In this document: in pieces, positions 1-21,365 of the stretch | Layout of the letters: each line of letters opens with the position of its first letter | How positions within the stretch are numbered: position 1 is the stretch's first letter | NCBI RefSeq assembly: GCF_009914755.1 | Contig: NC_060931.1 | Source of the DNA: the human T2T-CHM13v2.0 reference genome, Homo sapiens | Reading direction: 5' to 3' (one strand) | DNA length: 64,000 nucleotides | Made by a program: the position numbers and the translations under genes | The notes under the pieces: model-generated | What the model saw: the letters and a program-made list of their open reading frames with translations, nothing else | Databases searched by the model: none | Told to the model about the DNA's origin: nothing

Positions 1-95
1 GCCATGCAAAACTGTGTGTCAATTAAACCTCTTTTCTTTATAAATTACCCAGTCTCAGATAGTTATTTATAGCAGAGTGAGAATGGACTAATACA
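1..95 (+). mobile_element. MaLR LTR 3' end (MST/THE1-type), cut by window edge
   Basis: aattaaacctcttttctttataaattacccagtctcag...ggactaataca is the typical MaLR LTR terminus ending in CA. Confidence 0.85.
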
Positions 96-815
96 ATAGC
101 AGACTAGATAAAGCAGAAGAAAGACTCTGTTAACTTGAAGACAAGTCTTTTGAAATAGTATAGTTAAACAGGGGAAAAGAAGAAAAAAATAAGAAAAATG
201 AGTGAAGAAACAGTGAAGAAAGCCTACAGGACTTATGGGATACCAGTAAGTGAATATATATTTGCATTATGGGGGTTATAGAAGGAGAATAGATGGAGGG
301 AGTCACAGAAAGCGTACTTAATGAAATAATGACTAAAAACTTCCCAAGTCCTGAGGGAGATGTGAATGTCCAGTTTATGAAGCTTAAAAGTTCTCAAACT
401 GATTCAACCTAAAGAGGACCTCATCTAGGCACATTATAATCAAAATATCAAAAGTTAAAGAGAAAGTGAAAAATTTTAAAGTAGCAATAAAACGTATCAA
501 GTGTCATAACAGGGAATCTCCATTAGACTGTTAGTAGATTTCTCGGCAGAAACCTCACAGGCAAGAAGAGAATAGGACAATATATTCAAAGTCCTGAAAG
601 AAAAACAATGGTGGCCAAGAATACTATACTCAGTAATACTGCCCTTCAGAAATTAAGAAGAAATAGTCTTTTTCAGACAACCAAAATCTGGAGAATTTAT
701 CAACACTGTACCTGCCTTACAAAAAATGCTTGAAGTTCTTCAACCAAAAATGAAATGAAAGTAATTAATATCATGAAATTATATGAAAATATAAAACACA
801 GTGATAGAGATAGAT
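96..815 (+). mobile_element. Old L1M ORF1-region fragment
   Basis: A-rich degenerate ORF1-like motifs (aacttcccaagtcctg, ggcacattataatcaaa, agatttctcggcagaaacc, atattcaaagtcctgaaag); no open frame. Confidence 0.75.
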
Positions 816-819
816 AAAA

Positions 820-3615
820 TTTTTGGTCTGCAAAATTTTCTATTTCATAGATAATTTACTCATTTTAATTTTTCCTTTGCTGTGCAGAAGGTTTTTAGTC
901 CAATTATAATCCTGCTTTTCTGTTTTTGGTTTTGTTGCCTATGCTTTTAATGTCATATCCAAAAAAAATTTGCATAGTCTACTGTCTTTAAGCATTATTC
1001 CTATGTTTTCTTCTAAGAGTTTTGGTGTTTCAAGTTTTACATTTAAGTCTGTAACCCTTTTTAAGTTTATTTTTGTATATGTTGTGAAATAAGGGTCCAA
1101 CTTCATTGATTTTGCATGCAGATATCCAGTTTTCCTAGGATGCTTTATTGAAGAGACTTCTTTTCCTCTTTTTGCATTACTGGCACACTTGTAGAAGATC
1201 AGTTGATCATATATACATGCTTATGTTCCTGGATCTCTATTCTGTTCCATTGGTATATATGTCTGTTTTTATACCGTGTCATACTATTTTGATTACTGTA
1301 ACTTTGTTATGTATTTTGAGATCAGGAGCATGATACCTGTAGTTTTGTTCTTCTTGCTTAAGTTTGCTTCATCTGTTAAGGGTCTTTTTTCATTGCAAAT
1401 GAATTTTAAGATTGCTTTCTCTAGTTCTATAAAAATGCTATGAGATTTTAATAAAAATTGCCTTGGCAAATATAGATATTTTAACAATATTAATTCTTCC
1501 TATTCATGAACATGAAATGCCCTTCCATTTACTTTAAAATTTATTTCATTAATATTTTGTAATTTTCAGAGTACAGTCTTTTGTTTCTTTGGTTAAGTTT
1601 ATTCCTACATATTTTATTCCTTTTGATGTGATTGTAAATTGAATTGTATTTTAATTTCCTTTTTAGATAGATTATTGCTAGTGTATATAAATGAATGGAA
1701 TTTTGCATGTCACTTGTGTATCCTGCAACTTTACTAATGCATTCATTAGTTCTAAAACTTTTAGGTGGAGTTCTTAGGATTTTTTACATATAATATCATG
1801 TAATCTGCAAACAGGGATAATTTAACTTATTCCTTTCTAATGTGTATACCTTTTATTTCCTTCTCTTGCCTAATTGTTCTGGATAGGACTTTAAGTACTA
1901 CGTTAAACAGAAGTAATGAAAGTGGACATTTTTGCCTTTTCTGGAACTCAGAGGAAAAGATTTTAGTTTTTGACCTTGCTTACAATGTTGGCTGTGTTGT
2001 TTGCATATGTTGCTCTTTGATGAGTTAAATTCCTTCTAAGTCTAATTTGTTGAACATTTTTGTCATGGGTGTTAAACTTTGTCAAATGCTTCTTTTGTAT
2101 TTATTGAGATGATCGTATGATTTTTATCCCACCTTCTCTTCATGGTGTTTATCATATTGTTTGATGAATCTTTCATGAATGTCAAGGATCAATCCTACTT
2201 GGTCACCACGTATAATCCTTTTAATGTACTGGTGGATTTGGTCTGCTAGTAGTTGGGAATTTTTGCTTTGATGTTCGTCAGGGGTACTGGCCTGTAATTT
2301 TCTTTCCCTGTGGTGTCTTTGTCTGTCTTTGGTATCAGGATAGCACTAGCCTCACAGAAGAGTTTGGAAGTATTCCCTCTTCTTTTGTCTTTTGGAAAAG
2401 TTTAAGAAGGGTTAGAGGTAGTTCCTTGGAAGTTTGGTAGAATCACACACCAGAGCCTGCTGAGGAGTGGGGGGCTGGGGGAAGGATAGCATTAGGAGAA
2501 ATACCTAATGTAGATGAAGGGTTGACGGTTGCAGCAAACCACCATAGCACTCGTATACCTATGTAACAAACCTGCACATTCTGCACATGTATGCCAGAAC
2601 TTAAAGTATTAAAAAAAAAGTTTGGTAGAATTTACTTGTGAAGCCATCTCGTCCTGGGATTTTCTTTGTTTGAAGTTTTCATTTGTTTTACTCTTCAATC
2701 TCTTATTTACTATTATTTGCTTCAGCCTTTCTATTCCTTCTTGATTAACTTTTAGTAGAATGTATGCTACTATGAATTTCTCCATTTCTTACAGGTTGTC
2801 TAATATGTTGGCATATAATTGTTTAGTTTTAATGACTCCTCTTTCATTTCTGATATTATTAATTTGAATCTTCTATTTTTTTCTTGGTCTAGCTAAGGGT
2901 TTATTAATTTTTAAAATATCTTTTAAAAAAGTAACTATTAGTTTTGTTGACATTTAAAATTATTCTTCTATTCTCAATTTAATTTATTTCTGCTCTTTGT
3001 AATTTTTTTATTTTGTTAATTTTGTGTTTAGTTTGTTCTTAACTTTCTAGTTCCTCGAGGTATAAAGTTAGTCTGGTTATCTGAGACCTTTCTTCTTTTT
3101 TTTTAATGTGTGAATTTCTTGCTACATAATTCCCTGTTAGTACTGCTTTTGTTGCCTCTCACAAGTTTCCGTATGTTGTGTTTTCATTTTCACTTGTCCC
3201 ACGATATTTTCTAATTTGTGTTTTGATTTTTGTATTTGACCCAATACTTATTTAGTAGTGTGTTGTTTAACTTTTATATATTTTTGAAAGTTTCTGTTTT
3301 CTGTGATTGATTTCTACATCATTCCATTGTTTTTCAGAAAGATACTTGGAATGATTTTAACTTTCTAAGCTTATACAGATTTATTCTCTAACCTAGCATG
3401 TGATCTATCCTGGAAAATGTACTGTGTACACATGAGAAGGTTGCGTATTTTTTTCTGTTATTGGGTAGAATGTTCTGTACATGTCTGTTGAGTCCATTTA
3501 GTCTTTAGTTCTGCTGTTCCCTTGTTGATCTTCTAGCTGATCTATACATTACTGAGAGTGAGATGTGAAAGTATCTTACTATTATTATATGGCTGTCTAT
3601 TTCTCCCCTCAGATC
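820..3615 (-). mobile_element. Old L1M ORF2 fragment (L1MA/MB-like), interrupted by a short L1PA 3' end
   Basis: Antisense ORF2 motifs (tttgctgtgcagaag, taatctgcaaacaggga, ggtatcaggatagcactagcctca); ORF 1293-1487 translates to degenerate ORF2 (ELEKAILKFI). Confidence 0.85.
2444..2617 (+). mobile_element. Severely 5'-truncated L1PA 3' end (L1PA7/8-like) with 14-bp TSD
   Basis: ggatagcattaggagaaatacctaatgtagatga...cagaacttaaagtatt + A-tail; TSD aagtttggtagaat at 2430-2443 and 2618-2631. Confidence 0.92.
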
Positions 3616-3619
3616 TGTA

Positions 3620-4056
3620 ATTACGCCTCCAGCCAAGTCCCCAGGGAGAATGGGACTGCTGCTGGGACAATGGTTAAGTGGGTTTGAAGCTGGGTCATGA
3701 GTTACTTTTGTTTACAATGGGGTGCCTCATAGATGTGCCTGTTACCAGGGGCTTGATGGAGTGTGTGGCCCTTATAAAACTCTAGGCAAATGGGACTGCT
3801 TTCAGGACCACCATAGAGCAAAGTTGGAGCCAGGTCTTGGTGCTGCTTCTGGTCCTGCAGGCAGGTTCACAGTTGGCAGACCTGCTGCCAGGAACATGGG
3901 CTTACTTTCTCAAAGTGGCTTTTCTCGGTTTTGGGCTCCGCTGGAGTGTCACAATCTCCTACCAGTATCCCAAAGGAGATTTTATCCATCAGTTGTTGCC
4001 AGATTAGTGTTTCGGTGGGGGAATGACTTCTGGGGACCTTCTATCTTGCCATCTGG
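3620..4056 (-). mobile_element. Probable old L1M 5' UTR fragment
   Basis: GC-richer block adjoining minus-strand L1M, ending in ctatcttgccatctg, which resembles the L1 5'-terminal (c)aagatggc motif on the minus strand. Confidence 0.5.
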
Positions 4057-4280
4057 ATAACTTTACTCTTCTCACTTCACCCTTTCTTAGGTACTTTCAA
4101 CTTTGGACTATTAGTAATCAGCAGAGTCCTTTCTGAATCACGCAATACCTTTTTAAAAAAGCACTTTTCTTTCTTATTGTATCTAAGGTTTTCAAAATTC
4201 AGAATAGCTTAAGTTCATGCTTGATGCTCTCACTGTACCTAACTATATAAAATAATAATAATAATAATACTCTGCTTATT

Positions 4281-5219
4281 AATTTATTTATTTATTATTA
4301 TTAAACTTTAAGTTTTAGGGTACATGTGCACAATGTGCAGGTTACATATGTATACATGTGCCATGCTGGTGCGCTGCACCCACTAACTCGTCATCTAGCA
4401 TTAGGTATATCTCCCAGTGCTATCCCTCTCCCCTCCCACCACCCCACAACAGTCCCCAGAGTGTGATGTTCCCCTTCCTGTGTCCATGTGTTCTCACTGT
4501 TCAGTTCCCACCTATGAGTGAGAATATGCGGTGTTTGGTTTTTTGTTCTTGTGATAGTTTACTGAGAATGATGATTTCCAATTTCATCCATGTCCCTACA
4601 AAGGACATGAACTCATCATTTTTTATGGCTGCATAGCATTCCATGGTGTATATGTGCCACATTTTCTTAATCCAGTCTATCATTGTTGGACATTTGGGTT
4701 GGTTCCAAGTCTTTGCTATTGTGAATAATGCCGCAATAAACATACGTGTGCATGTGTCTTTATAACAGCATGATTTATAGTCCTTTGGGTATACACCCAC
4801 TAATGGGATGGCTGGGTCAAATGGTATTTCTAGTTCTAGATCCCTGAGGAATCGCCACACTGACTTCCACAATGGTTGAACTAGTTTACAGTCCCACCAA
4901 CAGTGTAAAAGTGTTCCTATTTCTCCACATCCTCTCCAGCACCTGTTGTTTCCTGACTTTTTAATGATCGCCATTCTAACTGGTGTGAGATGGTATCTCA
5001 TTGTGGTTTTGATTTGCATTTCTCTGATGGCCAGTGATGATGAGCATTTTTTCATGTGTCTTTTGGCTGCATAAATGTCTTCTTTTGAGAAGTGTCTGTT
5101 CATGTCCTTCGCCCACTTTCTGATGGGTTTGTTTGTTTTTTTCTTGTAAATTTGTTTGAGTTCATTGTAGATTCTGGATATTAGCCCTTTGTCAAATGAG
5201 TAGGTTGCAAAAATTTTCT
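4281..5219 (-). mobile_element. 5'-truncated L1PA2/3-like element (L1a), ORF2 C-terminus + 3' UTR
   Basis: ORF 4501-5103 matches ORF2 C-terminus ([18 protein letters not shown]...[10 protein letters not shown]); 3' UTR cactaactcgtcatctagc; degenerate T-tail at 4281-4302. Confidence 0.95.
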
Positions 5220-5245
5220 TTTTTCTTTCTTTTTTTTTTTTTTTT

Positions 5246-5660
5246 ACAAATATTTATAGCAACTTTATTTGTAAAAAGCTTGGAAAACAACACAAATCAC
5301 CAACTACAAATAAATAAACAAATACATTGGGGTATTTCCATGTAATGAAATTCTTAGCAATAGAAAGAAACAAACTACTTATACATAGAACAACATGGAT
5401 AAACAGCAAATACATTATTCTAAGCAAAATAGTCCATATATAAGAGATTATATACGTATGATTGCATTTCTAAGAATTTATAGTACTGGCAAAACTAATC
5501 TATGATGATAGAAATCAGATCAGTGATTGGCTGAAATCAGATCATTGGTTGCCTGAGAGCTGTGAAGAGGGGACAGGAGATCATAAAGGGACACAAAATA
5601 ATTTTCTGAAGAGATGAAAATAGTCTACATCTTAAATGGGAAGTTTGTTATATGTGTGTG

Positions 5661-5691
<31 letters not shown>

Positions 5692-6060
5692 CTGTGTGTG
5701 TATGTATGTGTGTGTGTGTGTGTGTGTCAAAAGTTCTTAACTTAAAAGACTGCAATACAATAGCTTTTGAGCAACTAATGGGTCAAAGAAGAAATCAAAA
5801 GGAAAATTAGAAAACATCTTGAGACAAACCGAAAACACAATATACCAAACTAATTAGATGCAGCAAAAGCATTTCTAATAAATACCTACATTAAAAAAGA
5901 AAAAATATCTCTAACTTTACACCTCAACAAACTAGAAGAAGAACAAACTAAGCCCAAAGTTAACAGAAGGAGTAAATAATAAATATTACAGCAGAAATTA
6001 ATGAAATATATAATAGAAAAGCAACAGAAAAATAATCATAACCAAGAGTTGGATTTTTTT
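5246..6060 (+). other. Inter-L1 segment (old L1ME-type 3' end, (TG)n, old L1M ORF2 piece); candidate 3'-transduced DNA
   Basis: Bounded by poly(T) 5220-5245; minus-strand AATAAA at 5264-5269, 18 nt before the tail. Confidence 0.6.
5650..5727. repeat. (TG)n/(TA)n microsatellite
   Basis: Direct inspection. Confidence 0.95.
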
Positions 6061-6065
6061 TAAAA

Positions 6066-7000
<935 letters not shown>

Positions 7001-9196
7001 TTATGTGTCTATAGCTAAAGGTTATATTCAGAATATCAACTGATATTGCATGGTTGCTGACCAATAAGAATAAAAATAGCCACAGCATTGAAGCAGAATT
7101 CTGATGGCCCCCTCTATGCCAGGTATTCTCTCTTTTCTTTGTTTCTTCAGCAAGTCTTGGTCCATGGGGCCCTGAGAGAGAAGCAAACACAGAATATAGG
7201 CCCTTGAGGAATAGGTAGATGGGAACCACAGAACTACTTCCACATTTTGACCAATGCTTCAGCTGTAGTGGTATAGCTGGGTTTGTAGGTACATTACCTA
7301 TGCTCTCCATACCAAAGCATGTATTTTATTGCTTTTGAAAATGATCTTTAAAAGCTTAGTTTACATACATGCAACTATGAGATTATATCTCTAGGAATAA
7401 TTAATCTATGTTAAAATCCCCTCCCCTACACTTTTTATTAAATTATAAAAACAGATTCTGTTACATAAATTCTGTGACAAGAAAGCTAGCATTGAATATA
7501 GTCAGGTTTATAATGTCTTCTTCAAATATAACTTTGCTGTTCAAATTAAATTCAGTGAAAGAAATCACATAATGTGTGAAACTTTAAAAGGACTTACATA
7601 TAAAAGGTAATGCTAACTTCAGAAGTGTCTCTTTGAAAATATATTTTTTAAATTTTTTATATTAAGACATGTGTCAATGCATGACTTCTCATGTATCTAG
7701 CATGTTAAAATTATCTGTCAAAAATTTTCTTAAAGGAAATTGAAGCCTTTTTTCTATTGTTTTAAGAGACCACCACTAGTATGAACTTAAGATTTGATCT
7801 CATCATTACTAGGTGTTCTAGCCATTTACCTTTCTTCTAAGGTCCGGCTACCTGTTCTAACTTAATTGGCATACCAAAGATAACTTGACTTCAATTGCAT
7901 AACATGTTTATTTAAAAGTGGGTGCTTTTATTTCTTAAAAGGTATGTAGTAGAGCATTTAAAGGCACAAAGAGTGTCCTCCTTTGCTACAGCCCTTTACA
8001 CACTGTGGGAACTGGGAAATTATTAATTGAGGGCAGCAGGAGGTACAGATCCCTGCTCATCGGCTAGAAATGTTGGCTTTGCTGTAACAACATGAGGAAA
8101 AATGGGTTACCAGATTATTTATTTTCTGATTCCCCTGATGACATTTGGCTTTTATTACAAACTAGCATGAATCCAAAGACAAATCATAGAATGTTTACGC
8201 AAGCCAAATTGTGGTTTTGAGAAAGCAAGTCAGGGATAAAGTGGAAATTAGTGATGACATATTGCATGACCTCTATTTGTTCTATAATTCTAGGGTTTCT
8301 GAGGCCTATGAAAATACAGGCCTATAGTTAATTATTAAATCAGCTGGTTTTTCTCAACCCTCACTTTTCTGGGTCCCAGAAAAAGAATAACTCGATGGAA
8401 ATTTGACAAATCTCTGACTGAAAAAATGTCATCCTAAATAGAGAACAAGCCTACTAACAAATGATTTGGTTGTATTTTAAAGTAAACCTTTGATTCCAGT
8501 TTGGGGACATTATTGTTTACGTTTTCAAGACCTCTTTTGTTATAATCACTTCTGAATATTGTTCTCTTTCCCTTAAGAGAATAAAAAACACATAGACCTT
8601 GGTATGTCTTTCATCAGGGTGAGAGTGGGAAATAAATCAAATCTATGAGTCTGCATACATGTTTAGAGACATGTATAAGGTATAAATGTTAAGGCAGCAA
8701 TGCACAGTTTATACTGTCCTTCCTCTTATACCTTTCTTTGGAGCAGAAGAGATTTACTCAGAAACAGCAAACAGTGCTAGGATTAGTCACACAGCAGTAG
8801 AACAGTGGGTCTTATTCTCTTATTATTTCATTGTCTAAGAATTGTTCATATCCAAATTTCATATAGTTCAATATAATAATTTGTAATGTTTACATCTTTT
8901 TAAGAAATTACCTCTGAGTTAATAATGATACTATATGGTATTTTCTGTAAAAAAAAAATTACTCTTTACATTTAGTTCTCCTAAATATTCATGTTAACTC
9001 TTTTGTTTTATATACATGTGCACAACGTGCAGGTTTGTTACATATATATACATGTGCCATGTTGGTGTGCTGCACCCATTAACTCGTCATTTAACATTAG
9101 GTATATCTCCTAATGCTGTCCCTCCCCCGTCCCTCCACCCCATGGCAGGCCCTGGTGTGTGATGTTCCCCTTCCTGTGTCCATGTGTTCTCATTGT

Positions 9197-13016
<3,820 letters not shown>

Positions 13017-13078
13017 TATGATGTTAGCTCGCTATTTTGCTAGTTAGTTGATGCAGTTTCTTCCTAGCCTCCTGGTCT

Positions 13079-14088
13079 TTACAATTTGGCATGTTTTTGC
13101 AGTGGCTGGTACCAGGTGTTCCTTTCCACGTTTAGTGCTTCCTTCAGGAGCTCTTTTAGGTCAGGCCTTGTGGTGACAAAATCTCTCAGCATTTGCTTGT
13201 CTGTAAAGGATTTCTCCTTCACTTATGAAGCTTAGTTTGGCTGGATATGAGATTCTGGGTTGAAAATTCTTTTCTTTAAGAATGTTGAATATTGGTCCCC
13301 ACTCTCTTCTGGCTTGTAGGGTTTCTGCTGAGAGATCCGCTGTTAGTCTGATGGGCGGAAGGTCTGTGGGTAACCCGACCTTTCTCTCTGGCTGCCCTTA
13401 ACATTTTTTCCTTCATTTCAACTTTGGTGAAACTGACAATTATGTGTCTTGCAGTTGCTCTTCTCGAGGAGTATCTTTGTGGCATTGTCTGTATTTCCTC
13501 AATTTGAATGTTGGCCTGCCTTGCTAGATTGGGGAAGTTCTCCTGGATAATATCTTGCAGAGTGTTTTCCAACTTGGTTCCATTCTCCCCATCACTTTCA
13601 GGTACACCAATCAGACGTAGATTTGGTCTTTTCACATAGTCCCATATTTCTTGGAGGCTTTGTTTGTTTCTTTTTATTCTTTTTTCTCTAAACTTCTCTT
13701 CTTGCTTCATTTCATTCATTTGATCATCCATCACTGATATCCTTTCTTCCAGTTGATTGAATTGGCTACTGAGGCTTCTGCATTCATCACATAGTTCTCC
13801 TGCCGTGGTTTTCAGCTGCATCAGGTCCTTTAAGGACTTCTCTGCATTGGTTATTCTAGTTAGCCATTCATCTAATCTTTTTTCAAGGTTTTTAACTTAT
13901 TTGTGATGGGTTCAAACTTCCTCCTTTAGCTCATAGAAGTTTGATCTTCTGAAGCCTTCTCTCAGCTCTTCAAAGTCATTCTCCGTCCAGCTTTTTTCCA
14001 ATGCTCATGAGGAGCTGCATTCCTTTGGAGGAGGAGAGGCACTCTGATTTTTAGAATTTTCAGTTTTTCTGCTCTGTTTTTTCCCCAT
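13079..14088 (-). pseudogene. L1 ORF1, disrupted
   Basis: ATG at 14088-14086; fragment SLQEIWDYVKRPNLRLIGVPE; frameshift near 13360. Confidence 0.92.
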
Positions 14089-14660
14089 CTTTGTGGTTTT
14101 ATCTACCTTTGGTCTTTGATGATGGTGACGTACAGATGGGGTTTTAGTGTGGATGTCCTTTCTGTTTGTTAGTTTTCCTTTTAACAGTCAGGGCCCTCAG
14201 CTGCAGGTCTGTTGCAGTTTGCCAGAGGTCCACTGCATACTCTGTTGGCTGGGTATCAGTAGCAGAGGCTGCAGAACAGTGGATATTGGTGAACAGCAAA
14301 TGGTGCTGCCTGATCGTTACTCTGGAAGTTTTGTCTCAGAGGAGTACCTAGCAGTGTGAGGTGTCAGTCTGCCTCTACTGGGGGGTGCCTCCCAGTTATG
14401 CTACTTGGGGATCAGGGACCCACTTGAGGAGGCAGTCTGCCCATTCTCAGATCTCAAGCTGTGTGCAGGGAGAACCACTACTCTCTTCAAAGCAGTCAGA
14501 CAGGGACATTTAAGTCTGCAGAGGTTTCTGCCGCCTTTTGTTTGGCTATGCCCTGCCCCCAGAGGTGGAGTCTACCCTCAGGCAGGCATCCTTGAGCTGT
14601 GGTGGGCTCCACCCAGATTGAGCTTCCCAGGTGCTTTGTTTACCTACTCAAGCCTTGGCA

Positions 14661-15122
14661 GTGGTGGGCGCCCCTTCCGCAGCCTCACTGCTGCCTTGCA
14701 GTTTGATCTCAGACTGCTGTGCTAGCAATGAGCAAGGCTCCGTGGGCATAGGACCCTCTGGGCCAGGCACGGGATATAATCTCCTGGTGTGCCATTTCCT
14801 AAGACCGTTGGAAAAGTGCAGTATTAGGGTGGGAGTGACCCAGTTTTCCAGGTGCGATCTGTCACCCCTTTGCTTGGCTAGGAAAAGGAATTCCCTGACC
14901 CCTTTTGCTTCCCAGGTGAGGCGCTGCCTTGCCCTGCTTTGGCTCAGGCTCAGTGCACTGCACCCACTGTCCTGCACCCACTATCTAAAAATCCCCAGTG
15001 AGATGCACCCAGTACCTCAGTTGGAAATGCAGAAACCATTCGTCTTCTGCATTGCTCACACTGGGAGCTGTAGACTGGAGCTATTCCTATTCGGCCATCT
15101 TGGCTCCACCACCCCATGTTAA
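14661..15122 (+). pseudogene. L1 ORF0 homolog in the antisense 5' UTR, start codon ATG->GTG
   Basis: Translation GAPSAASLLPCSLISDCCASNEQGSVGIGPSGPGTGYNLLV resembles primate ORF0. Confidence 0.75.
15092..15102 (-). promoter_or_regulatory. YY1 site of the L1 5' UTR promoter
   Basis: cggccatcttg = CAAGATGGCCG on the minus strand, intact, near the element 5' end. Confidence 0.8.
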
Positions 15123-15301
15123 CTCTTTTGTGAGTTGAGATACAACCCTATTTCTCTAAACGTGGGTGGCAAGTTATCCACAAACTGTTTGTTACCCTTT
15201 GTTTAAAGACAGTTCTCTATAGACCTCTTGTGTTTCTGCACATCTTCTGACAGCTTTTGATGCACACTATATTTTTAAGGTTATATTATAATCCCATAAT
15301 T

Positions 15302-20129
<4,828 letters not shown>

Positions 20130-21365
20130 CCCATAATTCCTGGTTTATAGATGGTACCTAACAAAAGAATGTTATTAATAAATGTAACCAATGATAATAA
20201 GTATTAACAGCAGTATTTTATTATTACATTTTCAAAGAGTATGTCTACTGCCACCTCAGTTCAATATTTATACATCATGGTCTCTGTCTTTCATGGAATT
20301 AATAATCTAAAATATAACATTTTCTATAGACATATCTGTTTTTGAAATGTGTCATTAAACAATACAGAGTCAAATATGGAAAAACTTAATAAATATATTT
20401 TGTATTAAAACATAATTAGCAAAGATCTATTTCTAATATACAGTATGTAGATCTGTATTGATTTCCTTTTCCCCTCAACTGTGAATTTAGGCTACAAATC
20501 AAAGGAAAGAGAGCCAATGAGCCCTGATTAACAAGTCTTGCTGAGGACCAGAAGGCATTGTTGGCAGAAGTCATTTAGGGAGACTTGTTGCTAGGTATTG
20601 CCAACAAGTTGGTCCCCTGTGACCTGTACAAAAGGCTGCTGTAACAGAATCTTGTGCTGGGATGGCAGGAACAATTCATGAATGTTATTTTAATACCTTA
20701 AAATACCTTCCTATATAGTGTAGCTCAGAATAAATTTCTATTTTTAAGATATGTATCTTATTGTCTTTGTTCAGTAATGATTTTTGTTTTACACCAACTT
20801 CGTTTATATTTTTCTTTATGTTACTGGCTTTTCAGCATTTCTTGGGCTCTTTTTAGAAATATAGAGATATTCCCACTATGAACTTGAAGGGATAAATATT
20901 ATTTTGTTGTTGGTGTTGTGTCTGCAAAGATTAGCTTTGAACATTCACAATTACAATATCTACTTATTGGTAGTAGCTAAAATATTATTTTAAATGTTTA
21001 AAGAAATATACAGTTATAATCTCTAACTTTTACTAGTGGGTACCTGATTATCAGCACATACTTTTCAATTCCATTCCTTTCTTTTGCTCCCCTCACCCCT
21101 AGTATAAGCATGGAAAATTAATACTTTCAAAAATAAGAGTCTGGATGGGACAAATGCTTTAAGCCCTCCAAATGATCTTAAATTTTTTATACAATACTTA
21201 ATGTGCTTCCCATAACCCACTTTTCTATGCTTCCCTGAGAAGCACTGAGTCTAATGCTAACAATTTTAACTCAATCTACAAAGTGGTTCTTTAAATAAAA
21301 AATTATGACTGTCACACATTTGAAATTTTGTGTGCTTTTATTCTACATCAACTAGTAATCAACTA

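Noticed and set aside
7126-7220. Possible + strand exon (polypyrimidine-cag at 7150, gtagat at 7215); similar acceptor-like sites at ~25654 and ~28225
   Set aside because: Splice-like words are common in AT-rich DNA; no coherent reading frame links them.
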